Positions 41,844 through 50,639 of a stretch of 58,659 nt of DNA are shown one piece after another. Source of the DNA: a virus; the IMG/VR virus record IMGVR_UViG_3300006864_000001, positions 1 through 58,659 of that record. One strand, given 5' to 3'. Under the pieces are notes generated by a model. It was not told the DNA's origin. It ran no database searches and worked only from the letters and a program-made list of their open reading frames with translations. Both the position numbers and the translations under genes were made by a program. How positions within the stretch are numbered: position 1 is the stretch's first letter; each line of letters begins with the position of its first letter.

Positions 41844-42164
41844 TCAGAAGTAGATGTCGAATATGTCGTGATTCAAGTTTTCGGTCGTGTAATGCCGGAG
41901 ATACGTCGTCAACGGCAATTCAGCGACCTTGTCTGGTATGAGACTGTCGGGATCTGGATCAATCACCGTAACCTGCCATCGCCATTGCCTAGAATACGGA
42001 TTATTATCGGCAAAATGCACCGACTGATAATCCCGGTTGTAAACAATGGCAGGAAAGAGCATCGTTATGCTTGGCGGTGGCTGATAATAAACGTTGACAT
42101 CATCTTGAAGACTCTTGAGCAGGGTATGAAGGTCAAGCCGTGCGCCCATCCCACCGATCTCCAA
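41844..42164 (-). CDS. Head-tail joining / neck protein (by position)
   Basis: 106 aa; VYYQPPPSITMLFPAIVYNRDY...VTVIDPDPDS pattern between the capsid and tail genes. Confidence 0.5.
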   Translation of the reverse strand: MEIGGMGARLDLHTLLKSLQDDVNVYYQPPPSITMLFPAIVYNRDYQSVHFADNNPYSRQWRWQVTVIDPDPDSLIPDKVAELPLTTYLRHYTTENLNHDIFDIYF

Positions 42165-42465
42165 TCGTCAAGATAAGGCGTGGCCGGTGGACCTCAACAT
42201 TAGTGATGATCCAGTTAATCCCTTGCCAGTTGACATATCTCATGTTAAGGAAATTGTCGTAGGCTTCGGCGTCCGCCATTATGCTGAACGAGTTCGAAAG
42301 ACCGACGTTGGCATTCAGCGTAGGGGGGACTTGCGGTGGTGTCTCCAGGCGTCTGGAGTTTCGAATGACATCACCGTAATAGTTTCTTTCGGTAATAACA
42401 TCCACCCAGACGCCTGGAGTTTCTTCCACACTGGTCGCATAGCCTACGGCTCCGTAGAACCGCAT
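42133..42465 (-). CDS. Head-tail joining / neck protein (by position)
   Basis: 110 aa with an AAGGGAG RBS. Confidence 0.5.
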   Translation of the reverse strand: MRFYGAVGYATSVEETPGVWVDVITERNYYGDVIRNSRRLETPPQVPPTLNANVGLSNSFSIMADAEAYDNFLNMRYVNWQGINWIITNVEVHRPRLILTIGDRWDGRTA

Positions 42466-42516
42466 TAATGCTCCCTTATCATGGGAGTAGATCGATTGCT
42501 CGAGCTCCCATTTTGA

Positions 42517-44583
42517 CTATGACCTGGTGAACTTCCAGTCCTGACTGGCGTCATCCGCGAAGGAGTACGTGGAGGCGGCCAGGGCCCGGATGTGAATCGT
42601 GGCACCGGACGCGATCGCGGTCTGCGCACCTGCGGTCAGAGCGCTGCCCACGGTGCCGTCGGTGTCGTTGACGACCACGTAGGTCACGTGAGTCGTGGTC
42701 GGGATGGTGACAACGCCCGTGGTTGTCACAAAGGTCGGAACGGTCGGGTTCGGAAGCATGCCACCGGCACCGGTGAACTCGGTGAGCGTGAGCGCGCCCT
42801 TGTACTTGGTCATGGCGCCCGACACGCGGGTCTCCATCAAGTACTTGAACTGGTTGTAATCGATGTCGAAGAAGTCGAACATCGACACTTCGCCGCCCTT
42901 GTCAGCGCCGATGGTGTAGTCGGTGAGGTTGACGATGATGCCGATGAGACCGACCGTCGACTCAAGTGCTTCGCACGCGATGATGTCGGTGACGCCCATC
43001 GCGGCCGCCAGTTCCTGCTTGGTCGGGTAGAGACGCCGGCCGAGCGTGTCCTTGGTCAGCAGCATCCGACTGATGTACGGCAACGTGCTGTACAGGATCG
43101 GGTTCCCGGAGCCTCGGTAGTTGCGCATTCCGAGAACCACCGCGTCGACGATCTCGTCCGTGGTGCTGCTGGCGTCGGTCAAGTCGACGTTGAGCGCCGT
43201 AACGTACAGCTCGTCATCGCCATAGATCGGGCGAACGTTGCTCGGGCTGATCTTGTCCGAGTCGTCGACCTCGCGGCCATCACCGACCAGGATCGCGCGC
43301 GCGAGCTCCTCGTCCAGCATGACCCGCATCTCGGTCTGAAGCCAGGTCACCACGTCGAAGTCGGTAATGTCCAGGATGTCGTCGCGGTCCAGCTTCTGCT
43401 TCTTGTAGATGGTCTGCGGAGTCGTGATGCGCCGCGCAACCGCGAAGTACTGCTCCTTCTTCAGGTTGGTCTTGACGTAACCCTTGGCGCGAGCCTCGTC
43501 GAGGGTCAGGTCGGCGGTCCAGCTCCTGATTCGAGCAAACGGGGTCTTCCGAGTTCCGGCCAGTACGGAAGCCACCCACTCCATCCTCCGAGAAATCCAC
43601 TCGGGGGTGTCGGTGACAGCCTGGTCATACGGGAACAGCGTGGAGATGTCGTCGATGCCGTGGGCCAGCGCATATTCCTCAACGGCGCCGCGAAGTGAAC
43701 CGGTCTTGTGCGCGGACGCGAAAATGCTTCCAACGTCAGAGTGGGTGAGCGTGCTGCCCGGCTTCTTCTTGTCGGCGTCGCCCTGGTCGAATGCGTTACG
43801 GGACACTGAGCCCTCGCCCTTCTGAGTAGTGGTTGAACCGTCCTGGTCATCGCCCAGTCCGTCTTGCTTCATGGCCGCACCAACAAGGGCGTACATGACG
43901 TTTTTCTGCTCAGGCGTCATCGTGTCGACGACTTGCTGAACAGTGGCGTCCGGGCCAAGACCGCCATCTGCCGGATCGAACAGATCGTTGTCTCCGTCGC
44001 CATCCGGGTCAGGGTTGTCAGCGGTGGGCGTAGGCATCTTGCCCTTCTCCATGTCCATGCCGGCCTTTGGGGCAGCAGGCTTGGGCATGGAGACCTTCTT
44101 CGCACCGGTGACGTTGGTCGAAGCATGCACGAGCTCATCGTCCGTGTAGATCACGACTTCGTCGGGAGAATCGACCCAGTCTCCATCACCATGCTGGATG
44201 TTCACGTTGTCTATCAGAGCGCCCGGGTTTGCTCCGGACAAGACAAGACTGCCCTCGACGAGGTTTCCGTGAGTGACAATCGAACCATTCTGTTGCAGAG
44301 CGTTCGCATAGATGCTGAGATTCTTGACATCCTTGTGCTTGACGAGAGCCTTGCCGTTCTGACCCTGCTCTGTGTCGTTGAAGAAGCCCTGAGCGTAGAC
44401 ACCATCTTCGCGGTGCTGAAGAATCAGGTGACCGAGAACGTTAGTCGCTTCCTTGTGCTGGTGCTGCCACACAAGCGGGATCTGAGCGCCATCCTCGTGC
44501 GCGAAGGCGTGGGCGCGAATCGTCCGGCCATCGGAGCACTTGATCCCGTACTTGGTGACGTACCCGGTGAAATCAGGTACCAT
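42517..44583 (-). CDS. Prohead protease (HK97 / S78-like) fused to an HK97-fold major capsid protein with a C-terminal Ig-like domain
   Basis: 688 aa with an AAGGAG RBS. N-terminal PLVWQHQH..LSIYANAL..EGSLVLSGANPGA is a protease pattern. An acidic linker follows, then a capsid-like body, then a C-terminal ...VVTIPTTTHVTYVV... domain. Confidence 0.8.
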   Translation of the reverse strand: MVPDFTGYVTKYGIKCSDGRTIRAHAFAHEDGAQIPLVWQHQHKEATNVLGHLILQHREDGVYAQGFFNDTEQGQNGKALVKHKDVKNLSIYANALQQNGSIVTHGNLVEGSLVLSGANPGALIDNVNIQHGDGDWVDSPDEVVIYTDDELVHASTNVTGAKKVSMPKPAAPKAGMDMEKGKMPTPTADNPDPDGDGDNDLFDPADGGLGPDATVQQVVDTMTPEQKNVMYALVGAAMKQDGLGDDQDGSTTTQKGEGSVSRNAFDQGDADKKKPGSTLTHSDVGSIFASAHKTGSLRGAVEEYALAHGIDDISTLFPYDQAVTDTPEWISRRMEWVASVLAGTRKTPFARIRSWTADLTLDEARAKGYVKTNLKKEQYFAVARRITTPQTIYKKQKLDRDDILDITDFDVVTWLQTEMRVMLDEELARAILVGDGREVDDSDKISPSNVRPIYGDDELYVTALNVDLTDASSTTDEIVDAVVLGMRNYRGSGNPILYSTLPYISRMLLTKDTLGRRLYPTKQELAAAMGVTDIIACEALESTVGLIGIIVNLTDYTIGADKGGEVSMFDFFDIDYNQFKYLMETRVSGAMTKYKGALTLTEFTGAGGMLPNPTVPTFVTTTGVVTIPTTTHVTYVVVNDTDGTVGSALTAGAQTAIASGATIHIRALAASTYSFADDASQDWKFTRS

Positions 44584-44601
44584 TTTGACGTACTCCTTGG
44601 G

Positions 44602-45918
44602 CTAGTTGTTGTTGAGCACTGACGGAACGGGGTCGTTGCTCGGGACAGCCGGAATCTGCAGGAAAGGCGACTTCGGCGGTAGTTTTGGTCTCGTGAGATT
44701 GACACCGTCTGATGGAAGCGCGCCGTACGCGGCCGGGATGTTCTTGTTAAGCAGAAGATCGGCCTTGGCATCCTTGGATGGCTGGAAGCCTATGATGCTG
44801 CGCATGTCGTTAGACGAGAGAACCTCGTTACGAGTAAACTTGTCAGCGATCTCAGCAAGGTCCTTGACCGGAACAAGCTTGAACGGATTCCTGATGTAAA
44901 CGATCGACTGGCCTTGTGACCTAGCCGTCTTAGTCAGGAATGTTCTTGACATGGCTTCACAAACCGCTGTCAGAATCGGTTCGATAGTTCGGTTATAATA
45001 CCCGAGCATCGCTTCTTCTGGCGCCATACCATTCATGATCTCCTCGGTCAGCCCGAGTTGACTATACAGAAGGTTCGTGAGGTAGGTGATCTGATCCATC
45101 AAGTTGTTAGTCGCCGGCCGATTCAGCTGGGTAATCTTCTCAGTACCGTCAGTATAGGCGATACCATACTGAGAACCTTTCAGCTGGAACTCAATCTCCT
45201 TAAGGCGTTTATCAGCCTCTGCTCGGCGCGCTTCAGTCTTGATGACGTACGGAAGTTGAATGATCAAATCAAGCTGACCAGAAGCACTCTGCTCATCGAC
45301 CGCATCGAGAAGCGAAAGTTTTCTTAGAAGACGCTGAAGAGTGGAGCTTGGCTCGTTCATGACCGAGTACAGCGGATTCTCGACGATAGCCACCATGCTT
45401 TTTGGCATAGTTACGTCTTGATGAATGCCCTTGGCATCGTTGTACGCACGAATACGAACATGCTGAGGAAACCACTGCAAAATCCGACCGACACGCATCG
45501 AGTTGATGTCGTATCCGCCCGTAGAAATGGGGTTCAGCGTGGTATCAACTGGCAGGATCGCAACAACGCCCTCGTCAAAGAGTGTCTGAATAAGATCTTG
45601 GCGAAACATTGTTCCGCCCTGATCGATGTTCGCTTCTACCATCAGGCAGTCGTTAAGTCCACTCGACATGTCCTGCTGATATTGCCGGTTATTGTCAAGA
45701 CGAACGTGCTTAATAGGAACAGCCGCAGCGTCAATGGCCATTCGATTATAAATTGCCGTGACAATAGTTCGCTCATTAGTGAATCTGAGTCGAGTTTTCT
45801 GCGGACGATATGAAGACGATGGCCCCAGATTCATCGCCGAGGTTATAGTCTGCGGATTTTGCTCTTGAAATGCGAACGCGTTCCAGGCGTGCTTGATCCG
45901 GTCCATGAATTTACCCAA
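44602..45918 (-). CDS. Portal protein
   Basis: 438 aa, TTG start after GAAAGGGGGTGA. Assigned by size and by synteny between terminase and capsid. Confidence 0.7.
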   Translation of the reverse strand: MGKFMDRIKHAWNAFAFQEQNPQTITSAMNLGPSSSYRPQKTRLRFTNERTIVTAIYNRMAIDAAAVPIKHVRLDNNRQYQQDMSSGLNDCLMVEANIDQGGTMFRQDLIQTLFDEGVVAILPVDTTLNPISTGGYDINSMRVGRILQWFPQHVRIRAYNDAKGIHQDVTMPKSMVAIVENPLYSVMNEPSSTLQRLLRKLSLLDAVDEQSASGQLDLIIQLPYVIKTEARRAEADKRLKEIEFQLKGSQYGIAYTDGTEKITQLNRPATNNLMDQITYLTNLLYSQLGLTEEIMNGMAPEEAMLGYYNRTIEPILTAVCEAMSRTFLTKTARSQGQSIVYIRNPFKLVPVKDLAEIADKFTRNEVLSSNDMRSIIGFQPSKDAKADLLLNKNIPAAYGALPSDGVNLTRPKLPPKSPFLQIPAVPSNDPVPSVLNNN

Positions 45919-45965
45919 TACGTCACCCCCTTTCTAATATCGTTGGGCTTTTACTCGTGTCAGGA

Positions 45966-46298
45966 CTACGGAACCTTCTTAGAGAGCTGGTACGCAGTAT
46001 TTCCCGCTATTCTGTACACTACGACCGTTCCGACAACAGCGAGTGCGATTTTAGCGGCTTTCCTACCATTCACTTGATGTCCAGCGATAATTGTACTCGA
46101 AGAACTTTCTTTGCCTAGCTTATCGATAGTGCTAAGCGCGGCTTTCTTTCCGGAGATCACAGCAGACGAGCTAAGTTTAGCTTCGTGCCTACCGCTCGAA
46201 CCTTTTTCCTCTTCAGTGGTGCTCCGATTGTGAACACCCCACTTCATGCCCCTGATGCCATGGTGAGCGAGGAATTCGTCAACTGTTTGTTCCGACAT
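45966..46298 (-). CDS. Virion-module protein with an N-terminal HHG(I/V)(R/K)GMKWGV motif
   Basis: 110 aa; MSEQTVDEFLAHHGIRGMKWGVHNRS; C-terminal hydrophobic segment. Confidence 0.6.
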   Translation of the reverse strand: MSEQTVDEFLAHHGIRGMKWGVHNRSTTEEEKGSSGRHEAKLSSSAVISGKKAALSTIDKLGKESSSSTIIAGHQVNGRKAAKIALAVVGTVVVYRIAGNTAYQLSKKVP

Positions 46299-46332
46299 GA
46301 CACCTTCTTCCGAGATCCGATCCTATAGAATA

Positions 46333-46917
46333 CTAACCGGACTTTGTTTTCAGTTTGGCGGATTTCCGGTTTTCTTTAGCGATAAGATCGAGGTGTCGCT
46401 GTATTTCACTCTGCTTGTAGTGCAAACCTTCGACGGTTTTAGCCTGATGAAGAGAATTCAACTGGCTAATTCGCATAGCGCCATTTGTTGCGAGAATAAG
46501 CAATGTTACTTTTTTCGCGAGAACTACATTTTTTGTCTGAACGTGTTGAGAGGCAAGATTCCCACCAGCCAGAATCAATGCGGTTTCCGCAGCCCCTCTA
46601 GTCACCACCGATCTAGTGGCTATCCGATAGGACTTCTTGTCATACGCTCGTCTAGCTTCGGGCGAAAGTTTCTTGTACTCGAAACTTGGATCTCGTTTGA
46701 TGGCCTTGTCGTACTGCTTTGCTCCAGCCCAACCCTTCAGACCGTAGCCAGCAACGACATGACTTCCACTTTTCTTATCTAGTTTCGCGTGTACCTTATC
46801 GAGGCTTCGCTTCAGATCTGCCGAGGTTTCCGCAGTAGATTTTTCCTCGTGTACGCCCCACTTCATGCCTTTGACGCCATGATGAGCAAGGAATTCGTCT
46901 ACACTTAGTTCTGGCAT
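46333..46917 (-). CDS. Virion-module protein with an N-terminal HHG(I/V)(R/K)GMKWGV motif
   Basis: 194 aa with a GAGAGGAGGTGA RBS; MPELSVDEFLAHHGVKGMKWGVHEEKS. Confidence 0.6.
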   Translation of the reverse strand: MPELSVDEFLAHHGVKGMKWGVHEEKSTAETSADLKRSLDKVHAKLDKKSGSHVVAGYGLKGWAGAKQYDKAIKRDPSFEYKKLSPEARRAYDKKSYRIATRSVVTRGAAETALILAGGNLASQHVQTKNVVLAKKVTLLILATNGAMRISQLNSLHQAKTVEGLHYKQSEIQRHLDLIAKENRKSAKLKTKSG

Positions 46918-46949
46918 TTCACCTCCTCTCTAAGATACGTTTCGGCTGA

Positions 46950-47219
46950 CTACTTGGAGGGCTTGACGTTCGCTTCCAGCTCTGCGATCCTCGCTTCGAG
47001 CTTGGCGAAAGCCGCGTTGGCCGTGTCCTCTGACGAGATGTTGTCGGGATGTTCCGTCAGCGACGATTCGTAGCCGGTCAGGAGCAATGTCTCGCCGGTG
47101 TCGGAGGTCGGGCCGATGGGCGTGCCGTCCGGGTTGAAGAGAGCGATGCGTTCGGTCTTCTGGTGCTGCTTGAACTTCTCCGTGGGAAGAACGATCGCCT
47201 GCGTGATACCCTGGTTCAT
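46950..47219 (-). CDS. Hypothetical protein
   Basis: 89 aa; ATGA overlap with the terL stop. Confidence 0.55.
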   Translation of the reverse strand: MNQGITQAIVLPTEKFKQHQKTERIALFNPDGTPIGPTSDTGETLLLTGYESSLTEHPDNISSEDTANAAFAKLEARIAELEANVKPSK

Positions 47220-48961
47220 TCGAATTGCTCCTTGTTGAGCTTGTACGCCACGTAAGCGTCAAGCATGGCTGCAACGTTGTCGATCTTCTGCTCTTGCCGC
47301 TTCTTGTAAAGCTTCCGGTTGCCGTTCGTGTCCTCGATCGTGATGGCGTTGCCCATCGCGAAGGTCATAAGCGCTTGATCGAAAATCAACATCCGCTCAC
47401 CAGACAAAGCCTTAAGCTCGCCCAGCGGGACCGATTCTGTTCGAGCACCCTGAATGACCTTTTCGATTCCGAACGGACCGTTCTCAGACTCCCAACGGGT
47501 CACGAATTCTTTGGCGTTGTACGGGTCGAAACCGAATGCCCGCACATCGAACTCGTTCGCCAATATGAAGCGCTCGAGATCGTCATAGACCTCCATCATG
47601 TCTAGGACAACGCCCTCTAGTACATGAAGACTGCCTTCCTCGATGAACTCCTCATACTTCTGGCGCATGGCGCCGGGAAGTTTCATCATTGTCAGGCTGG
47701 AGATATAGCTTCGAGTCTTGAGGCCAAACATGCCATCCCGAATCGGGAAGAGGAACGTGAATGCTGTGAAGTCGTCGCCTTGCGAGAGGTCAGCACCCAT
47801 CGCACAGGGCATCTTCCAGAATTCGCGTTTGCGATGCGGGAGCGTTTCCTCATACGTGAAGAAATACGTGAACCCTTCCATCGGGATCCCGAACCGCTTA
47901 GCGAGAATATCGTTCCGTGAGGCTGGCGCTTTTTCAGCACGCTCGACATCGAGCTGATATGTCTCGTAGCTTACAGTGATCCCGATGTTCGGATTAGCCT
48001 TCGGCCACATCGCTGGGTCCGCGACTTCTTCCAGCTCATCAAGTTTGTAATGCCAGATCGAAACGTGCGGATTGATGTAGTCGCCCTTGAGAATGTCGGC
48101 AAGTTCCAACTTGATCGTGTCGCCAGAACCATTCCGTACAGTTCCTTCGGAACTTGTAGCGACAATGATGTAGTCGTCGAGTTTAGAAGCCCCCTGCTCG
48201 ATGGCGCCGATTACATCCTCGCGAAGATCCCCGGAAAGCCACTCGTCGACCGACGAAACCTTAGGGCGCAAGCCCTGCAGTTTGTTGATCGCCATGGGAC
48301 GTACTTCAAGCATCGACCCGGTCAGGAAATTCTCGATGCCCTTCTTAGTTGACGCCAACTTGACTCGGTTGGCTCTCGATCCAGTCGTGTTCTGGAGAGA
48401 ACCTTCGGTCAAGAACTGAAACAATGGCCCGCGAGATCGCGTGATCGCTGTCCTGAACGGTGCCATCACTTCTTCGGCTTGTTTCATAGTCGGCGCTGTT
48501 GCGATTTGATGCGTCGTCTGTGTATCAACGACAAGAAAGTAACTTTGAATGCATTCGGCATACATGGATTTAGCCGAACCACGAGCCACAATCAAGTACT
48601 GCTTGTTAATGAGTCGCTTGCAGATGGTCTTTCGCTCGTAATGACCGCCATGACCATCTTTGCTCGGAACGTAAACGCTTCGCTCGATGAAGTAGAACCA
48701 AGCGAGAAGATCTTCGGCCCAGAGTTTGAAGCTTTCTAGCAGATAGAAATCGCTGCCATCCGTAAGTGTTAGTTCAGCTTCGCAATACTTAACGAAACCG
48801 TCAATCGCAGAGTCATCGTAATAGAAATTCGGATCGGCAATGAGCTCATCGATGAGGTTCATCCGAAGCGAGACTTCCCGGTTAACAGGTATCTCTCCGC
48901 GTAGAACCGCAGCACGGAAGGCACCGTAGTACTTTGGTGTCGCCGTGTTCGATAGCGTCAC
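47216..48961 (-). CDS. terL: Terminase large subunit
   Basis: 581 aa, GTG start after GAAAGGAGG. Walker A-like VARGSAKS, Walker B VSSVDEW, and a C-terminal nuclease region (GFDPYNAKEF). Confidence 0.9.
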   Translation of the reverse strand: MTLSNTATPKYYGAFRAAVLRGEIPVNREVSLRMNLIDELIADPNFYYDDSAIDGFVKYCEAELTLTDGSDFYLLESFKLWAEDLLAWFYFIERSVYVPSKDGHGGHYERKTICKRLINKQYLIVARGSAKSMYAECIQSYFLVVDTQTTHQIATAPTMKQAEEVMAPFRTAITRSRGPLFQFLTEGSLQNTTGSRANRVKLASTKKGIENFLTGSMLEVRPMAINKLQGLRPKVSSVDEWLSGDLREDVIGAIEQGASKLDDYIIVATSSEGTVRNGSGDTIKLELADILKGDYINPHVSIWHYKLDELEEVADPAMWPKANPNIGITVSYETYQLDVERAEKAPASRNDILAKRFGIPMEGFTYFFTYEETLPHRKREFWKMPCAMGADLSQGDDFTAFTFLFPIRDGMFGLKTRSYISSLTMMKLPGAMRQKYEEFIEEGSLHVLEGVVLDMMEVYDDLERFILANEFDVRAFGFDPYNAKEFVTRWESENGPFGIEKVIQGARTESVPLGELKALSGERMLIFDQALMTFAMGNAITIEDTNGNRKLYKKRQEQKIDNVAAMLDAYVAYKLNKEQFE

Positions 48962-48976
48962 TGCCGATCCTCCTTT

Positions 48977-49717
48977 CTAGCCTGCTGCGGCTTTCGCTGC
49001 CGCCTTAGCTGCGGCTTTCGCTAGAGCCTTGTCGATCCCCTTAGCAGCGTACTTGTTTGCGTAGCTGGTAGCTTGTTGTTTCCCAACGTTACCGCCGATA
49101 CCAAGGAGCTCGTTCGCGAACTTCTTGCCAGCGCTGACATGCTCCGGATTTAGTCGAGCATGTTGCGATTCGAGATTCTGCCGCTCAACTAGAAGCTTCA
49201 GATCCTCATTGCTGAGTGCAGCCGTACCGTGCTTGCCGACAACCCTCTTGAGTTCTGAGGCTCTTGCGTGATCTTCCGAAACGTTGGATCCCGAATCACC
49301 ACGATTCTTGCGGACGCCCCACTTCATACCTCGGACGCCAAAGTGTTCGATGTAATCACGAGTCGAGCGGTCTAGCTGCTCGTAAGCAATCTCGGCTTTC
49401 TGAACCTGAACTCGATCTTCGACTATTGTGTCAATCCCGAGCCGAGAAAGAAGTACGTCGAGGTTCCCGTGCTTCAGCGATCCATCAGGACCCCAAGTGT
49501 CAGGAATCTTGTCTTCCATATGAAGAGACTTCGCCCTGGCGATAATATGACGCCGAATCCCGGATCCGCTATCGCCGGCGTTCTCGCCTCTGCCGACAGA
49601 CATGATCGCGTCTTGCAGATCTGTGCCGTTCCTGACATAAAATGATCCGTCAGGCATCGCTATGCCCATCTTCGCAAACATCTTGCGCTGGGCAGCCGTG
49701 ACCGACGCCATAGTCAC
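48977..49717 (-). CDS. Virion-module protein with an AMPDGSF motif and an internal HFGVRGMKWGV motif
   Basis: 246 aa. MGIAMPDGSFYVRNGTDLQDAI... is followed by DYIEHFGVRGMKWGVRKNRG. Lys/Ala-rich C-terminus. Confidence 0.6.
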   Translation of the reverse strand: MTMASVTAAQRKMFAKMGIAMPDGSFYVRNGTDLQDAIMSVGRGENAGDSGSGIRRHIIARAKSLHMEDKIPDTWGPDGSLKHGNLDVLLSRLGIDTIVEDRVQVQKAEIAYEQLDRSTRDYIEHFGVRGMKWGVRKNRGDSGSNVSEDHARASELKRVVGKHGTAALSNEDLKLLVERQNLESQHARLNPEHVSAGKKFANELLGIGGNVGKQQATSYANKYAAKGIDKALAKAAAKAAAKAAAG

Positions 49718-49747
49718 CGCCTTTCTATGCTTGGTTGGTGACGACGT

Positions 49748-50029
49748 TTAGTCGAAGAACCACTGCATGGTCGGCGCCGCGGAACCGATCCAGGCGATCG
49801 TGCTGCCGGGACGCACGCTGAACGAGCCGCTGGTTCGCGCTCCGACAGTCACGCCATCGACCTTGACGCCAGTCACGGTACCACCGGTGACCTCGACGCG
49901 CATCTTGTGCGGGGTTGTGTTCGTCATGGCGACGGTGGTTGCCGCAACGGCAGGCTTCGCCGTCCAGTCACCAAGCGGCTTCTGCTTCTCGGCAACTGCG
50001 ATCAGGGTGTTGTACTCGTCGAGATCCAT
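49748..50029 (-). CDS. Hypothetical protein
   Basis: 93 aa with an AGAAAGG RBS. Confidence 0.5.
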   Translation of the reverse strand: MDLDEYNTLIAVAEKQKPLGDWTAKPAVAATTVAMTNTTPHKMRVEVTGGTVTGVKVDGVTVGARTSGSFSVRPGSTIAWIGSAAPTMQWFFD

Positions 50030-50044
50030 GATGGACCTTTCTGT

Positions 50045-50497
50045 TTAGCGTTCTAGGTTGAAATCTAGCGCAAGTTCACGTGCGATTTCACTGTATGAAT
50101 CTTCGATGCCAAACGGATTATGCTTCTGCAGATGCCGCGGCGAGCCTGGCGGGTTAATCGTTTCGGCCGCATGGTTGATCCGCCATTCGAGATCTTTGAT
50201 CTGCTCCTGAATTGCCTGAAGAACGAAACGCGAATCTGACGGATCGAACGCTAGACGGCACTTCATGTAAACGTAATTTTGAACTAGCCCAAGAAGCAAC
50301 TTCTCGGATGTTAGTTCGGCCCAGAGCGTCGTGTTGTCCTGAACGAAAACACCTTCGACTGGGCCAACGCCCAACTGCTGGAGAGCACCCATGGACGAGT
50401 TGACAAATATAGTGACGTCGAGATCGAACGCGGTAAAATCCGCCTCAAGCCCAAGAACCTTCTTAACCGAATCAAGAATGCTATCGGGGTTTGCCAT
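50045..50497 (-). CDS. Head-tail connector / DNA-packaging (gp6-like) protein candidate
   Basis: 150 aa; ILDSVKKVLGLEADFTAFDLDVTIFVNSSMGALQQLGV...LEWRI pattern. Confidence 0.5.
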   Translation of the reverse strand: MANPDSILDSVKKVLGLEADFTAFDLDVTIFVNSSMGALQQLGVGPVEGVFVQDNTTLWAELTSEKLLLGLVQNYVYMKCRLAFDPSDSRFVLQAIQEQIKDLEWRINHAAETINPPGSPRHLQKHNPFGIEDSYSEIARELALDFNLER

Positions 50498-50639
50498 GGG
50501 GGCTCTCCAGAGTCAGTTAGTGATTGTCGTTCCCGGGAAGCGATGGGATTGGATCGCCGCCAACTTCCGATTGATTTACTCGATCGTAACGCGAGGCGCC
50601 GTGAGATCGCGTTCGAGAATCTCACGCTCGGTCTCGTCA

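Noticed and set aside
42592-43698. 368-aa plus-strand ORF. Similar long plus-strand ORFs lie at 8013..8549, 8768..9523, 13401..14198, 24651..25547, 34736..35629 and 57954..58601.
   Set aside because: All of them lie antisense to well-supported minus-strand genes (capsid, fibre, GT2, TMP, helicase). They are Arg/Gly/His/Val-rich with no RBS or recognisable motifs, which is the usual shadow ORF pattern in GC-rich coding DNA.
48977-49717. A small terminase subunit assigned purely from position upstream of terL
   Set aside because: The protein carries the AMPDGSF and GMKWG motifs shared with other virion-module proteins and has no obvious HTH. The basic coiled-coil protein at 51932..52264 next to the HNH gene is an equally weak candidate, so terS is left unassigned.
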